From contig CP008936.1 of the NCBI GenBank assembly GCA_000743035.1, forward strand, positions 360,001 through 392,000: DNA of 32,000 nucleotides, read 5' to 3'. Made by a program: the position numbers and the translations under genes. Source of the DNA: Candidatus Paracaedimonas acanthamoebae. Lineage in GTDB: Bacteria; Pseudomonadota; Alphaproteobacteria; Caedimonadales; Caedimonadaceae. This document shows, piece after piece, positions 8,007-16,816 of the stretch. Positions within the stretch are counted from its first letter, which is position 1; the number at the start of each line of letters is the position of its first letter. Below the pieces are notes generated by a model, which was not told the DNA's origin, ran no database searches, and saw only the letters and a program-made list of their open reading frames with translations.

Positions 8007-9425
8007 ATGACACATTTCGTAAAATGCTTGATTTTGACCTTATTGGGCAAGCTTTTCTCCTCCTCTCAGGGATGGGCAGGAGATTCTATTTCTTTAGCTG
8101 GAGGAACCTTAGGCTTCGAGTGGGTCATTCCATTTGCTGGGCTGTTGTTATCGATTGCACTTATACCTTTACTGATGCCAAATTTATGGCATCAACACTA
8201 TGGAAAAATTGGGGCTGCATGGGGACTATTAACATGCATCTTATTGGGGAGATCTTTTGGGCTTTTTACTATGGTTGAGTGCCTCAGCTTGACCCTTGTT
8301 CACCACTATATGCCTTTCATGATGATGATTGGAGCGCTTTATATTATTTCAGGAGGGATTCGCATTGGAATTCAAGCCCCTGCAACACCCACCATGAATA
8401 CACTTATCTTGGGAATAGGCGCACTGATGGCAAGTTTAATAGGCACAACTGGTGCTTCTATGCTTTTGATACAACCCTTTTTAACCCTTAATAAGGAGCG
8501 TCAGTCTCGAAGGCATTTGGTCGTCTTTTTTATTATCCTTGTCTCTAACGTGGGTGGCGCTTTATCGCCTATTGGAGATCCTCCTCTTTTGATAGGTTTT
8601 TTAAAGGGGGTCCCTTTCTTATGGCCTTTAATCTACCTTTTTAAGCCTTTTATAATGATTTTAGGGCCTGTTCTTGTGATATTTTATTTAGTTGATTGGA
8701 GGCTCTTTAGCAAAGAGAGAAGCTCCTTAAGAAAAATAATGTCTTTTAAGTTTTCTTTGCAGGGATATGATAATGTAATGCTCTTAGGGCTTGCTATCTC
8801 ATGCCTTTTTTTGAGCGAGCTTGGGTATTTTAAACAGTCGATTAGGTTCCTCGGAATGACATTTTCTCATGGTGATCTCATAAGAGATTTTGGGTTTCTA
8901 GGATTGGCATTCATCTCATTAAAATTTTGTCATCAAAAAGCACGTATTGATAATGACTTTACTTGGGCGCCTCTTAAAGAAGTAGCTTTTCTATTTGCCG
9001 CAATTTTCATTACGGTTGAGCCTGTCTTGGCGATGCTTAAAGCCGGAAAAGAAGGTTCTTTTTCAAGCCTTTATCAATTTTTAGTAGGTCCCCAAGGAGA
9101 GCCTTTAAATAGTGCTTATTTCTGGGTAACAGGCATTCTTTCAAGTTTTTTGGATAATGCTCCAACTTATCTTATCTTTTTTAATCTTGCAGGGGGAGAC
9201 GTTGTAGAGTTGACAACCCTATTCTCTTCAACCTTAGTTGCAATTTCTACAGGCGCTGTTTTTATGGGGGCATTAACGTATATAGGCAATGCGCCTAATT
9301 TTATGGTAAAAGCTATTGCAGAAGTTAATTCAATTGAGATGCCCAATTTCTTTCACTACACATTATGGGTGAGTTTGATTTTACTCCCCCTTTTTATAGT
9401 ACTTTCAGTTGTTTTTTTTAGTTAA
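8007..9425 (+). CDS. ArsB/NhaD-superfamily (citrate-transporter-like) permease, putative Na+/H+ antiporter
   Basis: 472 aa with about 10-12 TM segments. Contains ...VSNVGGALSPIGDPPLL... and ...LDNAPTYL... motifs typical of this ion-transporter superfamily. GAGG lies 8 nt upstream of the ATG. Confidence 0.55.
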   Translation: MTHFVKCLILTLLGKLFSSSQGWAGDSISLAGGTLGFEWVIPFAGLLLSIALIPLLMPNLWHQHYGKIGAAWGLLTCILLGRSFGLFTMVECLSLTLVHHYMPFMMMIGALYIISGGIRIGIQAPATPTMNTLILGIGALMASLIGTTGASMLLIQPFLTLNKERQSRRHLVVFFIILVSNVGGALSPIGDPPLLIGFLKGVPFLWPLIYLFKPFIMILGPVLVIFYLVDWRLFSKERSSLRKIMSFKFSLQGYDNVMLLGLAISCLFLSELGYFKQSIRFLGMTFSHGDLIRDFGFLGLAFISLKFCHQKARIDNDFTWAPLKEVAFLFAAIFITVEPVLAMLKAGKEGSFSSLYQFLVGPQGEPLNSAYFWVTGILSSFLDNAPTYLIFFNLAGGDVVELTTLFSSTLVAISTGAVFMGALTYIGNAPNFMVKAIAEVNSIEMPNFFHYTLWVSLILLPLFIVLSVVFFS

Positions 9426-9481
9426 CTTTACGTTAAGAAAAAAGACTTATAAAATGAAAAGGTAAAAAAGCGAGGCACGTA

Positions 9482-10612
9482 TTGTCATTTCATCCCACAT
9501 TTGATGTTATTCAAAAGAACCAGAAAACGACTTTAAAGATTGCGGGATCATGGCAAGCTAAAGACCTCAAATATCTTGTAAATTTGTTAAACCTGCAAAA
9601 TTATCCTGCGACAACAGAAATAATCGTAGATTGTAAAGATCTTAAAGGGCTTGATACGTCAGGGGCGTGGCTTTTAAATCGCTTTTTTAAAGGGTATTCT
9701 CATCTTCGCTTTGTGAATGCCACCCCACAAACGGAAGCTCTTTTGCAGCAGGTTAAAAACTATAATATTCTTCCTTCTCGAGAAGCAATAGCATCGCCTG
9801 ATCATTTATCCGACCTCTTTGATTTTCTTGCTCACCTAGGACAGAAAACTGTTTCCTTCTCAAAAACATTTTTACACTCTCTTTCGTTTTTTGGTGAGAT
9901 CTGCAGTCGTTCAAAAGCCTTTATTTTCAAACCTTGGCGTTTTAGGAGCATTTCGCTTTTTCATTTTCTGTATGAAGATGGAGTTAAAGCTGTTCCAATT
10001 GTTGGTTTAATCTCTTTTTTAATTGGAATAGTGTTGGTTTACCAAGGTTCAGATCAATTGAGGCGTTTTGGTGCAGAGATTTTTACGGTTGATTTACTGG
10101 CAATTTCAGCGTTACGAGAAATTGGGATTTTGTTAACAGCTATTGTCGTTGCCGGACGTTCAGGCAGTGCCTTTACGGCGCAAATAGGTTTCATGAAGTT
10201 AAATCAAGAAATTGATGCTATGATTGTCTTAGGATTGAATCCTGTTGAAGTCCTGGTTTTGCCTCGTATCCTTGCTCTTGTCATTGCGCTGCCTCTGCTG
10301 GCTTTTTTTGCAGATATGATGGCTTTGACGGGAGGTGCTCTGATGACCTCATTTATGCTTGATTTGAGCCTCGAGGATTTTCTTCATCAACTGAGGCTTT
10401 CAATCAAACCATGGACTTTTTGGACGGGAATAATAAAAGCACCTGTTTTTGCATTTTTCATTGCTCTCATTGGATGTTTTGAAGGATTACGCGTGCATGG
10501 TGGTGCGCAAAGTGTTGGGATGCATACAACAAAGTCGGTTGTACAAAGTATCTTTCTGGTGGTCGTTCTCGATGCTTTTTTTTCCATCCTCTTCTCAATT
10601 TTAGGGATATAA
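9482..10612 (+). CDS. mlaE: MlaE-family ABC permease with N-terminal STAS (MlaB-like) domain fusion
   Basis: C-terminal 260 aa show typical MlaE/YrbE motifs (REIGILLTAIVVAGRSGSAFTAQIGFMKLNQEIDAM). The N-terminal 110 aa or so resemble an anti-sigma-antagonist/STAS fold (...IVDCKDLKGLDTSGAWLL...). TTG start. Confidence 0.8.
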   Translation: MSFHPTFDVIQKNQKTTLKIAGSWQAKDLKYLVNLLNLQNYPATTEIIVDCKDLKGLDTSGAWLLNRFFKGYSHLRFVNATPQTEALLQQVKNYNILPSREAIASPDHLSDLFDFLAHLGQKTVSFSKTFLHSLSFFGEICSRSKAFIFKPWRFRSISLFHFLYEDGVKAVPIVGLISFLIGIVLVYQGSDQLRRFGAEIFTVDLLAISALREIGILLTAIVVAGRSGSAFTAQIGFMKLNQEIDAMIVLGLNPVEVLVLPRILALVIALPLLAFFADMMALTGGALMTSFMLDLSLEDFLHQLRLSIKPWTFWTGIIKAPVFAFFIALIGCFEGLRVHGGAQSVGMHTTKSVVQSIFLVVVLDAFFSILFSILGI

Positions 10613-10613
10613 T

Positions 10614-11357
10614 ATGTTTGAGGTTGCGCTTAAAATTGAAGATCTAACAACGATCATTGGGAAGCAAAAAATTCATCAAAACTTGAATTTAGAGGTTTAT
10701 AAAGGCGAAATTTTAGGGCTTGTTGGGGCTTCAGGCTCAGGCAAAACAATTTTATTGCGAACAATCCTAGGCCTCATGCCTTTTCAGAAAGGGACAATCC
10801 AAATTTTTGGGAAACATATTCAAGCTTTGAAAAAAACAGGAAGTTTCCGGCAAAAAATAGGGGTTCTCTTTCAAAGTGGGGCGCTTTTCAGTTCGCTCAC
10901 GGTTGGAGAGAATATTTGTATTCCGATGAAAGAAATTGCAAAAATACCTGATGAGATCGCACAGGAGCTAATGTTATTGAGACTGGCTATGGTTGGGTTA
11001 GATTCTTCTGTGGCTCAAAAGTATCCATCCGAGCTGTCAGGAGGTATGATCAAGCGTGTGGCTCTTGCCAGGGCGTTGGCAATTGATGCAGAGTTTCTTT
11101 TATTAGATGAACCAACATCTGGTCTAGATCCTCTTTCAAGGCGAGAGTTTGATCACCTTTTAAAAACGCTCCAGCATAATCTTAACTTAACGGTTGTAAT
11201 GATAACGCATGACATTGATACTTTAACAGCCATCTGTGATCGGGTAGCAGTTTTAGTAGATCATAAACTTTTTTTAGGTACAGTGGGCGAAATGAAAAAG
11301 CATACACATCCCTGGATCCGTGCTTATTTTCAGGGAAACAAGCCAAAGAAAGTATAG
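10614..11357 (+). CDS. mlaF: MlaF-type ABC transporter ATP-binding protein
   Basis: Walker A GASGSGKT, signature LSGGMIKR, Walker B LLLLDEPTSGLD and H-loop ITHD. The start lies 1 nt after the mlaE stop. Confidence 0.85.
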   Translation: MFEVALKIEDLTTIIGKQKIHQNLNLEVYKGEILGLVGASGSGKTILLRTILGLMPFQKGTIQIFGKHIQALKKTGSFRQKIGVLFQSGALFSSLTVGENICIPMKEIAKIPDEIAQELMLLRLAMVGLDSSVAQKYPSELSGGMIKRVALARALAIDAEFLLLDEPTSGLDPLSRREFDHLLKTLQHNLNLTVVMITHDIDTLTAICDRVAVLVDHKLFLGTVGEMKKHTHPWIRAYFQGNKPKKV

Positions 11358-11365
11358 GTAATTTT

Positions 11366-12181
11366 ATGGAAACACGAGCACACTATATTAAGGTTGGGAG
11401 CTTTGTTATTGCAATGCTTGGTGCCCTTGTCGTGTTTGTTTTGTGGATGTCAAAACTTGATCTTGGCAATAAATTTCAAATTTATGATATCTATTTCGAA
11501 GGTTCTGTCACGGGGTTAAGAATTAATGAAGATGTTCGTTACCACGGTATTCCCATTGGGAATGTGAAGAAAATAAAAGTTGATAAGAAAAATATTAATC
11601 GTGTTCGTGTCCAAGTCTCGATCAAGGATCCAACTCTTATTCGGGAAAATACGATTGCGTCGATTGAGGCTCAAGGCTTAACTGGGTATACCTATATCCA
11701 AATTCAAGGGGGAACGGAAACAAGCCCTCTACTGCAGGTTAAAAAAGGAGAGCACTATCCGGTCATTCCATCACAACCCTCAAGAATTGAAATTCTTTTT
11801 AATAATATGCCGATGATTCTGGCAAACATTTCTCAACTATCAGAAAATCTTAATGCTCTTCTGAGTCAAGACAATAGAGCTCATGTGAAAGGTATCTTAG
11901 AGAATGTTCATAAAGTTTCTGGACGGTTGGCGGAAGGTCGTTCTTCATTAGACGCAACATTACAAGAATTTCAAAATACACTGCGTGATATTCGCTCTTT
12001 AATTGCGCGGAACCAAGGAGCGATCGAAGGTTTTACAACGTTAGGTCTCACTGAATTTGCGCGTCTCGCATTAGAAACTCGAGAAATGGTTAATAGTATT
12101 AAACAGATTGCAGATAGCCTCAATGATAGTGCGGGTGCCTTTTTGCATCGGTCACCCCAAAAAGGATATAAAATCGAATGA
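11366..12181 (+). CDS. mlaD: MlaD/MCE-domain substrate-binding protein
   Basis: N-terminal TM anchor, then an MCE domain (...YFEGSVTGLRINEDVRYHGIPIGNVKKI...) and a helical C-terminus. Confidence 0.8.
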   Translation: METRAHYIKVGSFVIAMLGALVVFVLWMSKLDLGNKFQIYDIYFEGSVTGLRINEDVRYHGIPIGNVKKIKVDKKNINRVRVQVSIKDPTLIRENTIASIEAQGLTGYTYIQIQGGTETSPLLQVKKGEHYPVIPSQPSRIEILFNNMPMILANISQLSENLNALLSQDNRAHVKGILENVHKVSGRLAEGRSSLDATLQEFQNTLRDIRSLIARNQGAIEGFTTLGLTEFARLALETREMVNSIKQIADSLNDSAGAFLHRSPQKGYKIE

Positions 12182-12813
12182 GATCTTTAGGAATAATCTT
12201 TTGCACAGGTATATGGACTGCTTTTTTAACTGGTTGTGTGAGCGTTTTACCTGAGGCGCCTGAACCATCTAAAAAAATCATTTTAACCCCTCTGTTGAGC
12301 AAGAGAATTGAAGGAAGCGCTATTCTGGGGGCGCTCATTGTTGAGAAGCCGTTGATGCTTGAAAGTCTGGATTCTACACGTATCAAAATCATTTTGTACG
12401 ATAAAGCTGGCGTTGCTCTTTCTGAGTTTATTTCGGGTGTTGAATGGAGTGATAGACTTCCTACGCTTCTTCAAGAAACGCTTGTTATATTATATGAGAA
12501 AACAGGAAAATTCACCGCAGTTGGACGAGCTGAAGAGCAATTTTATGCTGCTCACCGTTTACACCTTACAATCACACATTTTGAAGTTGTAAAAGAAGCT
12601 GATTCTTCAATGCAGGTGGTCATAGGGTTTTCAACAAAATTTATTCATTCTCAAAGCCGAACCGTCCTTGCACAAAGGCATTTTCTCCGGAAAGTTGCTG
12701 TTAAAGAAGAGGGATTACAAGGAATTATTAAAGCGTTTGAAAAGGCAACTTCAGATAGTTTCTCAGAAATGATTCAATGGACGCTTGAGAAGGCGAGGAT
12801 TGCGAAGATATGA
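12178..12813 (+). CDS. ABC-type transport auxiliary lipoprotein (DUF330/PqiC-like) of the MCE operon
   Basis: ATGA overlap with mlaD. Lipobox LTG-C at residues 17-20. Its size and position as the fourth gene are typical of alphaproteobacterial MCE clusters. Confidence 0.55.
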   Translation: MRSLGIIFCTGIWTAFLTGCVSVLPEAPEPSKKIILTPLLSKRIEGSAILGALIVEKPLMLESLDSTRIKIILYDKAGVALSEFISGVEWSDRLPTLLQETLVILYEKTGKFTAVGRAEEQFYAAHRLHLTITHFEVVKEADSSMQVVIGFSTKFIHSQSRTVLAQRHFLRKVAVKEEGLQGIIKAFEKATSDSFSEMIQWTLEKARIAKI

Positions 12814-12891
12814 TAAGGCGTGAAGTATTCGCTCTCTTGTATTTTTTTTGAAATTGGTTATAATTAAGTCATTAATATGAAGGAGACGACA

Positions 12892-13599
12892 ATGAGCAAC
12901 GAATATATGCGCACCGTATCGCGTTCAGGTGCAGGAGCCCTAGATCAAGGCTTACGCAGCTACATGCTAGGCATTTATAATTATATGGCCCTCGGCCTTG
13001 CCTTAACAGGCCTGGTTGCAACGCTTGTTGCTTCAAGCCCTGCTTTATTACAAGCGATTTATGGAAGCCCACTTCAGTTTGTGGTGATGCTTGCTCCTGT
13101 AGGATTTGTATTTTTCCTCAGTTTTCGCCTCCATGCGATTCAGGCGTCAACTGCACAGATGCTCTTCTGGGCTTACTCAGGCTTGATGGGATTATCTCTT
13201 TCTTGGATATTCCTAGCGTACACGGGGGCTAGTGTAGCCAAGGTTTTCTTTGTAACAGCAGGGACGTTTGGGGCAATGAGCCTTTATGGATATACAACTC
13301 AAAAAGACCTAACAGGGCTTGGATCTTTCCTTTTGATGGGACTTATTGGGCTTATTTTAGCAAGCCTCGTTAATATTTTTGTTAAAAGCTCAGCATTTGA
13401 GTTTGTGATCTCCGCAATTGGTGTTTTGATATTTACAGGTTTAACAGCCTATGACACCCAAGTGATTAAGAGTGAATACATTGAAGGAGATGATCGTGAG
13501 ATCATGATGAAAAAGTCAATTATGGGGGCACTCCGTCTTTATTTAGACTTCATCAACCTTTTCCTTCATTTGCTGCGTTTCTTAGGTGATCGTCGCTAG
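12892..13599 (+). CDS. Bax-inhibitor-1/YccA-family membrane protein
   Basis: Start moved to ATG 12892, 6 nt after AAGGAG. Seven TM segments and a family-typical opening ...LDQGLRSYMLGIYNYMALGLALTG.... The charged C-terminal end is ...LRFLGDRR. Confidence 0.8.
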   Translation: MSNEYMRTVSRSGAGALDQGLRSYMLGIYNYMALGLALTGLVATLVASSPALLQAIYGSPLQFVVMLAPVGFVFFLSFRLHAIQASTAQMLFWAYSGLMGLSLSWIFLAYTGASVAKVFFVTAGTFGAMSLYGYTTQKDLTGLGSFLLMGLIGLILASLVNIFVKSSAFEFVISAIGVLIFTGLTAYDTQVIKSEYIEGDDREIMMKKSIMGALRLYLDFINLFLHLLRFLGDRR

Positions 13600-13623
13600 T
13601 AAAGAGCTAAAATGATCTTATCC

Positions 13624-13654
13624 AAAAAGGCCTCTTAAAAGAGGCCTTTTTTTT
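13624..13654 (+). terminator. Rho-independent terminator
   Basis: aaaaaggcctc-ttaaaa-gaggccttttt followed by a T-run, 25 nt after the stop of the BI-1 gene. Confidence 0.65.
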
Positions 13655-13769
13655 ATGGGGAGTGCATTACAAAATAAGAAAAATTTTAGACTTTACTCTT
13701 AAAATATTTCCTAATAGGTCTATATATATAAAAGGTTAATTGTTTGCATGTTGGTGAAAAGGAAAAAGA

Positions 13770-15035
13770 ATGAAGTTTTTTGTAAGATTCCACATTTCAA
13801 TTATTGTGATGTTAGGCTCTCAGGCGCCTATTTTTGCGACTAACGAATGGATGGATGAAGAAACTTGGCCTCACCCAAGTTTCTATACGGCTAAAAAAGA
13901 TGTTGATGAAGAGAATTCTCCGACCAGCTTACCTGATGAGGTAAAGGCTGAATTTGCAGATTATCTTTCTATGGTTGCAAATGAGGTCTTGGAATCTTCT
14001 TCCTCTCAATCAGCTTCTATTGGTCAAGAAAATCAAAAGGAGCCAGCTCATAGCTCTGCTGCTTCTAAAGACATGGAAGACCTGAAAGAGGATCATTTTA
14101 TGAGGTTACCTGATGATTTAAAGTTTTATTTAGTTGAAAAAGAACTTTCTATTGAAGATGTCTGCAGTCTTATCCGCGTTTCTAAAGAAGGGCGAAAGAT
14201 TTTTGATCAGTTTCGTGTATGGGATAGCTGCATGAAAAGATTTAAATTTGACATGAAATATCCAAGCGCAAATACAATCAAAGAGAATATTGTTCGCTAT
14301 TATTTGCGAGTGAAGCTTAATTTAGAAAGCGACCCTAAGAAGATCAAAGCTTTTATGAAAAAATATGAAAAATATATACTGAATAAAGAATTACCCTTTG
14401 AAAATTGGCGGTATTGTTTGTTGATATCTCATTTTATATCTGGGCCCCTCCTTTTAACATGGAAAGCTCAAGGGTATGGAATAGCAATAGAGTGGGAGCG
14501 GTACCATTGCGATAGATATGAGCATCCTGTAGATATTCGTATGCTTCAAAGTTTATATGATAGTTGGGCGCAGCCAGGTAAAGAGCAATATATCTTAAGT
14601 AACCTTTATCGGTTATGTTACCTTTCGTTTAAAAAACCTCTTGTAAAAATTGAAGAAGAAATTCACAAAAGTATTCACTCTTTAAGCGATGAATCTCTGA
14701 TAAAAATTGTATTTTATCTTGTTAAGCGTCCCAGGGTTACTGACGCCTTTCCATGGATGATGCAGCGTCATACTAATATGCAAGATCGTCGCGACCGCTT
14801 GCAGGTCATAGGCAATATCAAGAATAAAATATTATCCATATTGGTAGAAAGGGGGAAGAGTCTGAATGATTCAGAGTCGTCTCCTTTTCACACACTAATA
14901 GAAAAGGCGGAGGTTCGAGGAGAAGGGTGGGCATATTATTTGAAAGCGCTTGGTTTTAAGTATGGCATGCTTGGCTTTACAAAGGACGAGGTTAAGGCCC
15001 GAGAATATATCTTAGCTCATAATATTCCTGCATAA
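13770..15035 (+). CDS. Hypothetical 421-aa protein with eukaryotic-type F-box-like motif and hydrophobic N-terminus
   Basis: AAAGGAAAAAGA lies upstream of the ATG. Residues 111-155 (14100-14234), MRLPDDLKFYLVEKELSIEDVCSLIRVSKEGRKIFDQFRVWDSCM, fit the F-box pattern LP.(D/E)L...L...DL..L..VSK.....W. Acidic, Ser-rich disordered linker N-terminal to it. The helical C-terminal part ends in a Sel1/TPR-like YGMLGFTKDEVKAREYI segment. Confidence 0.55.
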   Translation: MKFFVRFHISIIVMLGSQAPIFATNEWMDEETWPHPSFYTAKKDVDEENSPTSLPDEVKAEFADYLSMVANEVLESSSSQSASIGQENQKEPAHSSAASKDMEDLKEDHFMRLPDDLKFYLVEKELSIEDVCSLIRVSKEGRKIFDQFRVWDSCMKRFKFDMKYPSANTIKENIVRYYLRVKLNLESDPKKIKAFMKKYEKYILNKELPFENWRYCLLISHFISGPLLLTWKAQGYGIAIEWERYHCDRYEHPVDIRMLQSLYDSWAQPGKEQYILSNLYRLCYLSFKKPLVKIEEEIHKSIHSLSDESLIKIVFYLVKRPRVTDAFPWMMQRHTNMQDRRDRLQVIGNIKNKILSILVERGKSLNDSESSPFHTLIEKAEVRGEGWAYYLKALGFKYGMLGFTKDEVKAREYILAHNIPA

Positions 15036-15786
15036 GCTATATTTTTCATTATTTTTGATTATGTGCCGGGGGGCTAGGATGATCGTGGATAGGAATCAAA
15101 GGCAATTTTATGTCAGAACAAAGTTTTCAGCATTGGCTTAGAAAAAGTACGGCTCATAAAGTCTTTTCCCACCAGGTTCGCACCGTATCATGCAGGTGGT
15201 TGGAACTTGCGCTTTTGTTAATTTACAACCGTTCTTCAAGTCTTTTAGAAGTTGGTTGCTATGTTGTTTTTTAAATTATGCTCGTAAATTACATCATCGT
15301 CTTGATGAAAAAAGTAATTAAATCCATTCTCTAGGTACATTTTAAAAACGTCACTGCGGCTATTTCCTAAATATTTTTCTTGAAAAAAGTAACAAATCAT
15401 GGTAGCCTAATAAAGAGATGGTAAGAGAAAGGCTTCTTTATTTATGCAAGTCTTGGGGGGAGGCAAGGTACTTCGCTTATTATTTGTTTTTTCATCTAGA
15501 AAATAAAGCTTATTTCTTTAAGAAAGAATTTTCTCTCTGTTTGAGAGGGTTGGTATCTTGTGCCTTTTTATAGCCAGAGATTATCCTGGTGAGCATGTTG
15601 ATGGCTTCTGAACGCCGGTGAGAGTGGCGGAAAATTTCTTCTTGGCTATGCTTGATCAAGGTGCTAAAGCTGAGTGAGAGCAAGGTGAAATAGCAGATTG
15701 ACCAAGCAAGTTGACGAAAAGATAGCTTATCTTGAAAAGATTCAGTTGAAAGCCTGAGAAAAATAGTTTATCAACACATTCTACAC

Positions 15787-15815
15787 TTGACGGCGCTTAG
15801 CTAGCTGAATAAGAT
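15787..15815 (+). promoter_or_regulatory. Candidate sigma70 promoter of the str operon
   Basis: TTGACG, a 17-nt spacer, then TAAGAT, about 130 nt upstream of the rpsL ATG. Confidence 0.35.
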
Positions 15816-15944
15816 GCCGCGATTATAGACCCTTTGATGAGTGTTTTTTCATTCAATCAAGGGGCGTTATATCTAAAAGAAATGCTTGATCTTAAGAGTT
15901 CAAGCTCTAAAACTTTTGTGTGATTAGAAGGAAGGAAAGGCTCA

Positions 15945-16316
15945 ATGCCGACTATTAACCAATTGATACGTAAACCGCGCATGTCTATTCCAGAGCGCAA
16001 TAAAGTGCCGGCGATGCAAGCTTGCCCGCAAAAGCGCGGCGTTTGTACGCGTGTGACTACAACGACGCCAAAAAAGCCAAACTCAGCGTTGCGTAAAATT
16101 GCTCGTATTCGTCTAACTAATGGGATGGAAGTGACGGGTTATATTCCTGGTGAAGGGCACAACTTACAAGAGCACTCAGTTGTTCTGATTCGTGGCGGAC
16201 GTGTTCCCGACCTTCCTGGTGTTCGTTATCATATTATTCGTGGTACCTTAGATACCCAAGGCGTTCAAAAGCGTCGCCAAGGGCGGTCTAAATATGGTGC
16301 TAAGCGTCCAAAGTAG
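15945..16316 (+). CDS. rpsL: 30S ribosomal protein S12
   Basis: [12 protein letters not shown]...[10 protein letters not shown] signature. GAAGGAAAGG RBS. Confidence 0.97.
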   Translation: MPTINQLIRKPRMSIPERNKVPAMQACPQKRGVCTRVTTTTPKKPNSALRKIARIRLTNGMEVTGYIPGEGHNLQEHSVVLIRGGRVPDLPGVRYHIIRGTLDTQGVQKRRQGRSKYGAKRPK

Positions 16317-16328
16317 GAGAGAAGAAGT

Positions 16329-16799
16329 ATGGCTCGTAGGCGCGCTGCAGAAAAACGTGAAGTTCTTCCAGATCCAAAATTTGGAGACATCGTTATTACT
16401 AAGTTTATGAATACCATTATGCGGCAAGGCAAAAAGTCTGTTGCTGAAGGTATTGTTTATGGGGCTTTTACCCAAGTTCAAACACGCACTGGTAAAGATC
16501 CTGTTGAGATCTTTCATGAGGCAGTGACGAATGTTCGACCAGCGGTTGAAGTTCGTTCTCGTCGTGTTGGTGGTGCGACGTACCAAGTTCCTGTTGAAGT
16601 TCGCTCTGAGCGTTCTCAGGCGCTTGCGCTTCGTTGGATTACATCTGCTGCTCGTGCGCGTTCTGAAAAAACAATGACAGATCGCCTTTCTGCAGAGCTT
16701 CTTGAAGCTTCTCAGAATCGTGGTGCAGCAATTAAGAAAAGAGAAGACACACATAAAATGGCGGATGCGAACAAGGCATTCTCGCATTATAGATGGTAA
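16329..16799 (+). CDS. rpsG: 30S ribosomal protein S7
   Basis: [20 protein letters not shown]... and ...[19 protein letters not shown]... are canonical S7 sequences. Confidence 0.97.
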   Translation: MARRRAAEKREVLPDPKFGDIVITKFMNTIMRQGKKSVAEGIVYGAFTQVQTRTGKDPVEIFHEAVTNVRPAVEVRSRRVGGATYQVPVEVRSERSQALALRWITSAARARSEKTMTDRLSAELLEASQNRGAAIKKREDTHKMADANKAFSHYRW

Positions 16800-16816
16800 G
16801 TTAGGATTTATAGGAA

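Noticed and set aside
12120-12592. ORFs 12120-12392 (-), 12283-12474 (-) and 12359-12592 (+) overlapping the MCE lipoprotein gene
   Set aside because: They overlap the translationally coupled fourth gene of the operon and show implausible composition.
15245-15400. 51-aa minus-strand ORF (MICYFFQEKYLGNSRSDVFKMYLENGFNYFFHQDDDVIYEHNLKNNIATNF) in the spacer upstream of rpsL
   Set aside because: It is too short, has no RBS and matches no recognised family. It is mentioned only as a possible gene remnant in the spacer finding, not called as a feature.
15481-15530. AT-rich imperfect palindrome around the HindIII-like aagctt (gaaaataaagcttatttc)
   Set aside because: The arms are imperfect and composed of low-complexity A/T runs, so it is likely chance in AT-rich spacer DNA.
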